Shown here: positions 53,720 to 64,000 of the stretch, piece after piece | Layout: every line of letters starts with the position of its first letter | How positions within the stretch are numbered: the first letter of the stretch is position 1 | NCBI GenBank assembly: GCA_038087875.1 | Contig: CM075989.1 | Coordinates: 12,586,001 to 12,650,000 of the forward strand | Reading direction: 5' to 3' | Source: Malacoraja senta | Taxonomy: Eukaryota | DNA: 64,000 nucleotides | Notes under the pieces: generated by a model | Seen by the model: the letters and a program-made list of their open reading frames with translations, nothing else | Database searches by the model: none | What the model was told of the DNA's origin: nothing | Program-made: the position numbers and the translations under genes

Positions 53720-54150
53720 GTCAATGAAATTCTTATTTACAGGAGCACAGCAGCTAAGTAAACATAGTACTCTGTAAACACTGTAATAAACAACAAAAAG
53801 TTCAGTATATTAAAAAAAATAACAGTAATTGTGCCACCCAAGCTTGTTTTTTTGGAGCTTAGTAGGAAGTTGTAATGTTTAATAGCCTGATGGTTGTAGA
53901 GAAGAAGCTGCTCCTGAACCTGGAGGTTAAAGTTTTCAGGCTCCTTTCCCTTCTTTCCGATGGCAGGAGTGAAATGAGAGCATGACCAGAGTGGGGTGTG
54001 TACCTGATGATGTTGGCTGCCTTTTTGAGGTGGCGACTTTTGTAGATCCCTTCAATGGTGGGGAGGTAGGTACCCATGATGGACTGGGTAGAGAACACCA
54101 CTTTTTGCAAGCTTCTTCATTCCTGGGCTCTCTTACCATCTGCATCCCCC
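53720..54150 (-). mobile_element. Rex1/Babar-like 3' fragment
   Basis: LPTIEGIYKSRHLKKAANII..HSGHALISLLPSERRERSLKTLTSRFRSSFF. Confidence 0.85.
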
Positions 54151-54159
54151 AGACCTGGA

Positions 54160-55226
54160 GTTGATGAACAAGAAAGGGATGAACACCTTGTTGTGGGTGG
54201 ACTACAGACCTCCAAATAGTCAATGGGAATTAGAACAAATATGCCAGGAGATTGCAGACAGCTGCAAGTCAAATAAGGTTGTTATGGTAGGGGATTTCAA
54301 CTTTCCCAATAGCAAGTTTGCAGTTGATACAAAAGTGGGTAGTTTTGCAGATAGTGAAGATAGTTGTGAAAAATTGCAGCAGGATCTGCCAAGTGGGCTG
54401 AGGAATAGTTGATGGAATTTAATGCAGACAAATGTGAGGCATTGCATTTTGGGAAGTCTAACACAGGCAGGGCCTACACAGTGAATGGTAGGGCTCTGGA
54501 GAGTGTTGTAGAGCAGAGGGATCTAGGAGTGCAGGTGCATAGTTCATTGAATTTCCCTGGAGTCATAGGTAGATCGGGTGGTCAAAAAGGCTTTTGGTAC
54601 ATTGGCCTTCATCAGCTGGCGTATCAAGTATAGAAGTTGGGCGGTCATGTTGCAGTTATATAAGACGTTGGTGAGACCACATTTAGAGAATTGTGTTCAG
54701 ATCAGGGCACCATGTTATAGGAAAGATGTTGTCAAGCTGGAAAGGATGCAGAGAAGATTTATGAGGATATGGCCAGGATTAGAGGGTCTAAGCTATAGGC
54801 AGAGGTTGAGTAGGCTGGGACTCTATTCCTTGGAGCACAGGAGGATGAGGGGTGATCTTATAGAGATGTATAAGATCATGAGAGGAATAATTCATGCAGA
54901 TATACAGAGTCTCTTGCCCAGAGTAGGTGAATCGAGGACGAGAGGATATAAGTTTAAGGCAAAGGGAAAAAGATATAATAGGAATCGGAGGGGTAACTTT
55001 TTCACACAAAGGGTGGTGGATATATGGAACAAGCTGCCAGAGGGGGCAGTTGTGGCAAGGACTACCCCAACATTTAGGAAACAGTTTGACAGGTACAAGG
55101 ATAGGACAGGTTTGGAGGGATATGGACCAAATACTGGCAGGTGGGACTAGTGTAGCTGGGACATGTTGGCCAGTGTGGGCAAGTTGGGCTGAACGGCCTG
55201 TTCCCACACTGTATCACTCTCTGACT
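54160..55226 (+). mobile_element. CR1 LINE with a large internal deletion
   Basis: Endonuclease YRPPNS..VMVGDFNFPN fused to RT SKFAVDTKVG, then ORF 54578..55150 (ORF2 C-terminus) and 3' UTR. Confidence 0.9.
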
Positions 55227-57643
55227 ACGACCTTGCACCCAAGGTTCAAGAGGTTTTTGCAGGGTAAACTTGAGAAGTATTCCCCCCAATCTCCAAAGAG
55301 TTTACAATGTCACACAAGGAAGATAGCAGTGTGTCTGTCGCTCAGTCTACTTGGAGCTATCCCTGTATACAGTAGATTTCCTTAAAGGGACATGGAAGCA
55401 CATATCCACAGACAGGTTAATTGGAGTATGTTAGATTCACCAGTCTTCCTGATAGAGTAGCCAGTAGAGCCAGCAGGATAACTTGCAGTACCGAAGGGAT
55501 TTGAAAATGCTGGTAGATCTCTGAGATTCTCAAATCTGATCCCTTTGATCATTGTATGTCCCTACTCTGGCTTCATGGAGACAGTTTGTTCCTCCATGAT
55601 TAGGCCTCTTTGGGTAGCAGCTTTGCATGGTATCATCAGTTATCAGTAATCCTGGAACTGCTGGAGGGCGTCATTATAGTGCATCCCACCTGTTATGGTT
55701 TCTGAAGGACTGCTGAGACTCAGCAGTTCATGCCATAATGAATTGGTTGCAGTTCCTTGTTTTTTTTCTTGTCAGTGACCACTGACAGGAATGTTAATTT
55801 TGTTTGACTACATTAGGCTAACTCTCAGATCAAGTAAACCTGACATGGCTTACATGATTTTAATATGAAAAGTATTGTGATTTCTGCCAAGAAGTCAGTG
55901 TAACGTGCAACTGCCCAGCTGCACTTTGATGGAGTCTGCTCCCATTTTGTTCATATAGACCACTGTGCCAATGGACACACACCTACTGTGATAAGAACCT
56001 CAGTACATTGGCAGATCCTTGTGATGTGTTATGGTAGGGAATATTGTCATGCTGTGGTTGCAGTTCAATAGTATACAAGATCAAAGTGTTGATACTGTAG
56101 AATAATGCATCAGTTATCTGTTCTGTACATTTCTGGGCTGCTTGCCGAGGCTGATTTCCTGTATTGCTATATGCCTGAGAAGACAGCTCAGCAATAGAGC
56201 AAGATACTGACCAAACACAAACCATCTGTGTCCTTGTGACTGTCCCTGGCTCATCACCTGCAGGAACGTGTCGGTAATGACTCTGAAAGTGTGACTCCAA
56301 GTTGTTCTACCTTCCCTAAACACCGTCTTCTCTTGATTCTCTACATTTTAAGGGTGTCTGGCATTGGAGAACATGAGCACTGTTTATATGTCGGAGGATG
56401 AAGCAGTAATGATGTAACCCTATTCCTAAGCAGTGTTTCTAACTAACGAGATGTTACATTGGCACCATGCAGGCTTATCTCTTTGATTTTATTTCTGAAA
56501 AGTTAGATTGTATTCCCATGGCACAGTACCTGAAATAAGTGCTAAGCTTGTTAGCAAGTTCAATTATAAGTTTCTAATGATTGCCCAACTTTTTCCCCAA
56601 ATAGTTTATTTGCCCAACTTCATAAAGTTTTTATGCACAGTAATTAAATATTGATTGAATATAGATTAATATGATTAATTCCTAGTCCATTAAAAAGCCA
56701 AGCTATACCATCAAAGAAGTCATCTGAAGGAGGATTTGCTATGCTGTGCTATAGAACCCCTGTCATGTGCAACTTAAAACAAGAAGAGTCTCTAATTGAC
56801 TCAGGGCTTAATCTGCCAAATGAGTGGTCTGAGGTCGATATGTTTGTTTGATCAAAAGGCTTAGAAGGGTTATATGTGGCTTCAAGGCTGGAACCTGATT
56901 AACTAAAATAAAGTTTGTGGAATAAGTTCTTTTAAAGTCGTAAAATATTTGTAATCTACTGTATTAACAATCCTACAACATTGCTTTTATTGCTTAAATT
57001 TGCAATGGCACTGAACATTGTGTGGTTCAGCAAAATTGTATCTCAGTGGGGGATAGTTAAACAGGAAGATGCTCTAATTCAGGAATTCTGTTTATGAGTA
57101 GTTGGTCTAATAAGTGTATTTGTGTTGTGGCAAAAGTTTTGCATAAGAGAATTATTATTATTTTTCTCAATTTTTTATTTGTCCCCTTCTCCTGAAGACA
57201 TTGACTCTGCCACTGTTGTACAGTTCCAGAGAAGGTGAATATTCTTGGGCAGCCACCCAAGTGTATGCTTTGGGAATAATTGCAAGCAAACTACCCAGCT
57301 GTGCAGGGTATCGCAGTGTGACTGACAATGACGTGTCTGTGTACATGACTAAGTCGTCATAAATCCTGTACATCTTAAGCTTCTGCATCAGCTTACCATG
57401 AGAGAACTTATCAAAAGCCTAACTAAAATCCATGTATAAAACATCCACCACCCTACCTTCATCAATCTCCTTCGCTACCACCTCAAAAAAACTCAATCAA
57501 GTTAGTGAGACACGACCTGTCATGTACTGAGCCGTACTGGCTATCCCTAATTAGCCCATTCTCTTCACGTGACCATAAAGCACCATTAAGAGAACAGCTA
57601 AAGTATTAGCACCAGCACAAGCTGTTTGAGCTAAAGGGCCTTA

Positions 57644-58131
57644 AGGGCCTGTCCCACTTGGCCGTCATTTGCGCCTCATTTACGCGTCATATGTAAAATA
57701 GGTCGATGCGTCGTGACGCGTGGGGTGCGCATGGGTGACGCACGTATTGCGCATGGTGAGGCGTGGAATCGCATGCGGTGGCGCACGATATCGTGCGGTG
57801 CTCCAGGATTTCGTAGTGTAACTAAATCCTCGCGCGGCACCTGTGTGACGTATCACGTACGCACGCTGACACATTGGCTACACACGCTGATGCATTGGCA
57901 TCTCACGTTGGCGTCCCGACTTCTCACGTGTATCGCGTGGTGACGTATGGTTACATCAACGTCCGTAACCATGCGTCGCCGCGTGCCGCAGGGTATTCTA
58001 ATGACGTCACGCGCACCAGACGGCTGTGCTGAGGCGTGATTTACGCGTGACGTTGCGCATCACGACACATCGACCTATTTACATATAACGCATAAATGAG
58101 GCGCAAATGACGGCCAAGTGGGACAGGCCCT
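57644..58131. mobile_element. MITE (488 bp), PIF/Harbinger-type
   Basis: TIRs of about 75 bp starting AGGGCCTGTCCCACTTGGCCGTCATTTGCGCCTCATTTA; TTA at 57641-57643 and 58132-58134; non-coding and CpG-rich. Confidence 0.85.
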
Positions 58132-58779
58132 TTACTTATGTTACACAGTGTACTGAAGCTGCTGCAGTCACTTGTTTCTCTCTTATCTCAGTGAGGCTGT
58201 TACCTCGATGCTCTGTGTTTCATCTCTGCTTGGTGCTGTGTGACAGGTGCTGAGACTGCAGTCTTCATATGATTGCATTTTTTGAATTTCTCAGACTAAC
58301 TGCCCTCACTTGCCCCTTGTCCATTTTATTGCACTGAGTTTCCTCAGGGATTCATGAGCTGATTCTTCAGTCCTGTGGTGTACACTGGAATGCCTTTATT
58401 ATACCTGCAAGTGTCCTTGGTGTCAAAAGCAGAGACTCTTGTGGATGTAGTTTTCTATAATACAGTATGACATGGCATTTCCTAAACTGCTTTGTAATAT
58501 CGAGTCAATAGGTTACCAATGCTAAAGACACAAAATGTGCATCCTTCCCAGAAATGTGCTGACTTTGATCTATTTGTTTGTGCACGTCAGGTTGATTGCA
58601 TTAGTCGAAACAGGGTGGACCATGTGAAGGTTGCAATCTCCCACTGCTCTGCATTTAGTTAATCTGCCTTTTGATTCTTGTTACCGAATTGTGTGACCTG
58701 ACACTTTTTTGCATTAAAATCTATTTGCCAAGTTTTCACCCACTCCCTCAACCTACCTGTATCTCGTTGCAGATCCAAA

Positions 58780-59286
58780 TATCCTCATCAAATCATGCCG
58801 TCCCACCTGTTTTCATATCACCTGTTTTCGTATCACCTGTTTTCATATCATCGGTAAACTTGGAAGACTTATACTTTGCCACTCCCCCAAACTATTTATA
58901 AACATTATAAATAATTGTGTGTCAAGTATTGATCCTCATGGCATTCCGCTACTTTCTTCCTTCCAACCATTTATTCTGACCCTCTAGCCAATGCTGTTCC
59001 TCTGTTTAAGAAAGCAGTTGCGACAATTCAGGAAATTATAGGCCAGTAAGCCTTACATGAGTGGTAGGAAAATATGAAAGAAGATTGTTAGGGATAGGAT
59101 TTACTCGCACCTGGAGAAGCATAAGCTTATTAAGAGTAGTCAACATGGCTTTGAGCGATAGAGATCTTGTCTTACAAACTTGTTTGCAGTGTTTTGAGGA
59201 GATGACCAAGAAGATTGATGAAGGTAGGGGAAAGGATGTTGTCTACATGGACTTTAGTAAAGCTTTCAACAAAGTCTCTCACGGTA
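58780..59286. mobile_element. CR1 fragments (- about 58780-58990; + about 58990-59286)
   Basis: FEEMTKKIDEGRGKDVVYMDFSKAFNKVSHG RT motif on +. Confidence 0.8.
58804..58848 (+). repeat. 15-bp tandem repeat x3 (CACCTGTTTTCRTAT)
   Basis: Directly visible. Confidence 0.9.
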
Positions 59287-59306
59287 TGTATGTGTGTGTG
59301 TATATA

Positions 59307-60923
59307 CAGTGGCTTGCAGAAGTATTCATACCCCTTGAACTTTTCTACATTTTGTCACATTACAACCACAAACGTAAATGTATTTTATTGGGATTTTATG
59401 TGATAGACCAACACAAAGTGGCGCATAATTGTGAAGTGGAAGGAAAATGATACATGGTTTTCAAATTTTTTTACAAATAAAAAACTGAAAAGTGTCGCGT
59501 GCAAAAGTATTCAGCCCCCTTTACTCTGATACCCCTAAATAAAATCCAGTGCAACCAATTGCCTTCAGAAGTCACCTAATTAGTAAATAGAGTCCACTTG
59601 TGTGTAATCTAATCTCAGTATAAATACAGCTGTTCTGTGAAGGCCTCAGAGGTTTGTTAGAGAACATTAGTGAACAAACAGCATCATGAAGCCCAAGGAA
59701 CACACCAGACTGGTCAGGGATAAAGTTGTGGAGAAGTTTAAAGCAGGGTTAGGTTATAAACAAATATCCCAAGGTTTGAACATCTCACGGAGCACTGTTC
59801 AATCCATCATCCGAAAATGGAAAGAGTATGGCACAACTGCAAACCTACCAAGACATGGCCGTCCACCTAAACTGACAGGCCGGGCAAGGAGAGCATTGAT
59901 CAGAGAAGCAGCCAAGAGGCCCATGGTAACTCTGGAGGAGCTGCAGAGATCCACAGCTCAGGTGGGAGAATCTGTCCACAGGACAACTATTAGTCGTGCA
60001 CTCCACAAATCGGGCCTTTATGGAAGAGTGGCAAGAAGAAAGCCATTGTTGAAAAAAAGCCATAAGAAGTCCCGTTTGCAGTTTGCCACAAGCCATGTGG
60101 GGGACACAGCAAACATGTGGAGGAAGGTGCTCTGGTCAGATGAGACCAAAATTGAAGTTTTTGGCCTAAATGCAAAACGCTATGTGTGGCAGAAACCTAA
60201 CACTGCACATCACCCTGAACACACCATCCCCACTGTGAAACATGGTGGTGGCAGCATCATGCTGTGAGGATGCTTTTCTTCAGCAGGGATAGGGAAGCTG
60301 GTCAGAGTTGATGGGAAGATGGATGGAGCCAAATACAGGGCAATCTTGGAAGAAAACCTGTTAGAGTCTGCAAAAGACTTGAGACTGGGGCGGAGGTTCA
60401 CCTTCCAGCAGGACAACGACCCTAAACATACAGCCAGAGCTACAATGGAATGGTTTAGATCAAAGCATATTCATGTGTTAGAATGGCCCAGTCAAAGTCC
60501 AGACCTAAATCCAATTGAGAATCTCTGGCAAGACTTGAAAATTGCTGTTCACAGACGCTCTCCATCCAATCTGACTGAGCTTGAGCTATGTTGCAAAGAA
60601 GAATGGGCAAAAATTTCAGTCTCTAGATGTGCAAAGCTGGTAGAGACATACCCCAAAAGACTTGCAGCTGTAATTGCAGCGAAAGGTGGTTCTACAAAGT
60701 ATTGACTCAGGGGGGCTGAATACTTTTGCACGCGACACATTTCAGTTTTTTATTTGTAAAAAAATTTGAAAACCATGTATCATTTTCCTTCCACTTCACA
60801 ATTATGCACCACTTTGTGTTGGTCTATCACATAAAATCCCAATAAAATACATTTACGTTTGTGGTTGTAACGTGACAAAATGTGGAAAAGTTCAAGGGGT
60901 ATGAATACTTTTGCAAGCCACTG
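59307..60923 (+). mobile_element. Tc1/mariner DD34E transposon, IR/DR type, Passport-like, full length (1617 bp)
   Basis: TA at 59305-59306 and 60924-60925. TIRs of about 213 bp starting CAGTGGCTTGC, each with inner and outer TGCA(A/G)AAGTATTCA direct repeats; about 5 mismatches between TIRs. Confidence 0.97.
59686..60705 (+). pseudogene. Tc1 transposase, 339 codons, single premature TGA at 60265-60267
   Basis: ORFs 59686..60267 and 60319..60705 share a frame. GGSIML*GCF corresponds to GGSIMLWGCF. GRPPK hook, WSDETK, QQDND and SPDLNPIE are present, with 34 residues between D and E. Confidence 0.95.
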
Positions 60924-60959
60924 TATTTATACAGGTAACTCCAACCCTTTAATAAATAA

Positions 60960-61169
<210 letters not shown>

Positions 61170-62821
61170 TGATGGGAAGATATGTATATATCCAGCACCT
61201 TACCAGCAATCCGATGTGTTAGATTCACACTTGTACTTTATATAAAAGGCATGATTCCCTCGATCCCAATTATCTTGGAATTTCACTCCTGATTGAAGCA
61301 GATTCTTGTTTAAAAAAACATAAATATGTGTAGCAGAAACAATTGAGAGATGAGCACCATTCACCAGGGACCCAGCAGATCATTGGCAGAGGCGCCCCAA
61401 CGCGGGGGAACTGAGGCAGAGGTGGCATTTTCAAATTAACTTTGCAGGTTGATTGGAATGGAAGCATTCCAGAGAATCTTTCTGATGGGTTTTGAAAATA
61501 CGCTCTCATTAGTTTTGGTCCCTCAGAACCTCCCAATTTAATCTATATTTCACTAAAGTTATTGTTGAATCTGCCTCAACCTCCCTTCTAGCCTGTGCTC
61601 CTGGACCATGATCCCCTGTATCATACTGAACTCATCTCCCATCTGGAATTGTTTTCCAATTATCCTAATCTTGCCTGAAAGTGATAAAAGGATTGAAATG
61701 GATGAAAACAAATTGATGTCGGAGTTCTTTGTTTTCCGAATTTGATAAATGTGCAGCATCACCGGATCCCTTTGATCACTGGAGCCACGAAGAATCATTC
61801 ACATTCCCCTTGGCCGGGAGCTGTGGAGCATCACTGCACTACAACATTAGATGTTATGAGCTGGAACTTCCTTGGAATAAGTCATTAATGAGAACTAGGT
61901 TCCATGGTCGTCAGATTACAAAACTCAAAGATATTGGAGAAATTGCTTGAAAATGTGCATGACACCAGCAATTTGTCTATTGCTTTTGAGGGAGATGAAT
62001 AGTTACACTCAAAGTATAGACCTTGTAAGTTAGGAGAAATGTTGCAACTAGTGGTATAAAACAATCATTTTGAGTCCGTTTCCAATAGTTCCAGCCTGAT
62101 GTGGAGTGAGTCGGCCACTTTCAGTAGTCTCATGCCTCAAAGCCTCCAATCCAAGCCCAAATATGTGATCAACACAAGTAGTTAGAGTTTGGAAGTTTTT
62201 TTTTAAATTGTACATTAATGTAATACTAGATTTTTTAAAATATTATTAGATGCTGAGTTTTATTTCTTCTTTTGATTTATTTCTATTTGTTTTATTTTGA
62301 GAATCTGGTGAGAAAAGCTTCCCTCTTTGTTTAAGCAGTTTGTTTAGCTATTCATTATGACATGCACAGACCTGACCTGTTCATCCTATCTACATGTACA
62401 ACTCTTCTCTCCTCCTGGCAAAGTGCTTGACCAAAAGATACTAAGTTTTAATACGAGTTATTGTCCCATCTCCATATTGTGCCTGCTCACAGACACAAAT
62501 GCACTCACTCATTATATCAACCTCATTTGATAATGGCCTTTAGTCTGTCATATATAAATCATTGCATGGCAGGAAGTAACCAGAAGGAAATGCTTCACTC
62601 GAAGAAACTGAACATAAAAAATGCTCTATTCATCTTCCAGACATTGTTTTTCACGCATTTCACAATTTACTACCACTGGACCATGCTGGCTGACTTCTGG
62701 ATGCAATCTATTACATGATGGCAGTAAGGGCTGGAATGACTGACTGTGATAAAGAAGTGTCATCTGCTGAACATATTGAGAAATGGGCAGTTACATGTCT
62801 GGATTATTAGCATTTACTGCA

Positions 62822-63312
62822 TACATAGAAACATAGAAAATAGGTGCAGGAGCACCGCCATTCATTGTGATCATGGCTGATCATCCACAATCAGTAACCC
62901 ATGCCTGCCTTCTCCCCATATCCCTTGATTCCGCTAGCCCCTAGAGCTCTATTTAACTCTCTTTTAAATTCATTTAGTGAATTGGCCTCTACTGCCTTCT
63001 ATGGCAGAGATTTCCACACATTCACAACTCTCTGGGTGAAAATGTTTTTTCTCATCTCTGTTTTAAGTAGCCTCCCCTTTATTCTTAAGACTGTGGGCCC
63101 TGGTTCTGGACTCCCCCCAAAATTGGGAACATTTATCCTGCATCTAGCTAGTCCAGTCCTTTTATAATTTTATATGTTTTTATTGTAAGATATATTCTCA
63201 TCCTTCTAAATTCCAGTGAATGCAAGCCTAGTCTTTCCAATCTTTCCTCATATGACAGTCCCGCCATCCCGGGGATTAACCTCGTGAACCTACGCTGCAC
63301 TGCCTCAATAGC
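62822..63312 (-). mobile_element. CR1 LINE 3' fragment
   Basis: AIEAVQRRFTRLIPGMAGLSYEERLERLGLHSLEFRRMR; (CATAGAAA)n tail. Confidence 0.85.
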
Positions 63313-63689
63313 AGGGGGAGGTAGATACGTGGGGTCCATAAATGTGCTCCATAAATGTGGGTTAAATTGCATACGTTGCTTTGCTGCATGAATCTCCGGC
63401 TTTCAGCACATCCGTGTTGCCCAGCAGTTATTGTGATTGGGCACATTTTCGCTATTCTGGATTATTTCCCTCGCACTGCACTTTTTCCATGGAAGATTTC
63501 AAAACCAATCTTTCCCTCCCATGACACCAGCTGCATTAATCAACATGGATACAAGTAAACACAAAACTATCAATGTGTTAACCAAAATGCTCTTATTAGA
63601 TCCCCATTATCAAGCTTTCCTTTTATTTACGAAACATTACTAAATTATTATGTCATCTCTGGTTGTTTCGCTGCATCTCATAATTTGAT

Positions 63690-64000
63690 TAAGTCACATG
63701 GGACCCATGGTGAGTCGGTAAGTTGGATACAAAATTGGCTTGATCCTAGACTGAGGGTAATGGTGGAGGAGTATTTCTCTGAATGAGAAAAACCCATCAG
63801 TGACTAATTAATCTACATGCAGAGAAACATTCCTGTACCATTGCTCAGTAACTAATTGTGTTCAGCAAGTGCTTGACTTTGATGTTTGTAATATATATCA
63901 ATAACTCAGATGGAAATGCAGGTAGTTTGATTAGTAAGTTTGCAGATGAAGCTGAAATTGGTGGAGTATGGTCAGTGGGAAAAGTTGTCAAAGGATGCAG
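63690..64000 (+). mobile_element. CR1 RT fragment running off the right edge
   Basis: WIQNWL..., LISKFADEAEIGG. Confidence 0.7.

Noticed and set aside
55400-56340. Unique moderately GC-rich stretch with ORFs 55983..56300 and 56114..56323
   Set aside because: No recognisable domain, splice pattern or repeat structure that I can support.
57680-58060. Internal short repeats of the MITE as a CRISPR-like array
   Set aside because: Irregular degenerate motifs inside TIRs, no constant repeat-spacer period, no cas genes, eukaryotic context.
60265-60267. TGA as selenocysteine or programmed readthrough
   Set aside because: The position is a conserved Trp (TGG) in Tc1 transposases; a single G>A nonsense change is the simplest explanation.

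Overview
Eukaryotic genomic DNA. The repeat landscape (V-domain tRNA-derived SINEs with CR1-type tails, CR1, Rex1/Babar, Penelope-like) suggests a cartilaginous fish, probably a skate or ray; this is inferred. The window holds 11 consecutive internal coding exons (+ strand, 16583-61164, 1692 nt, 564 codons, all GT-AG, all phases compatible) of a MEGF10/MEGF11-family multiple-EGF receptor, most likely MEGF11. Its start and end lie outside the window. The rest is intron filled with transposon relics: a decayed hAT-Blackjack element with nested L2 and Tigger5/MER47-like pieces, Penelope-like elements, a nearly intact Passport-like Tc1 (one nonsense codon) and a CpG-rich Harbinger-type MITE. Four signals stand out: (1) short Penelope-derived inserts carrying a minimal hammerhead-ribozyme core, several with 8-15 bp target-site duplications; (2) a fold-back with 200-bp arms at about 95% identity just upstream of a frame-preserving exon; (3) the young Tc1, a horizontal-transfer candidate one base from an intact ORF; (4) a Tigger5/MER47-like terminus resembling the mammalian element. 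I see no CRISPR, rRNA, true tRNA or new protein-coding system. Repeat family names come from recalled motifs, not database searches.
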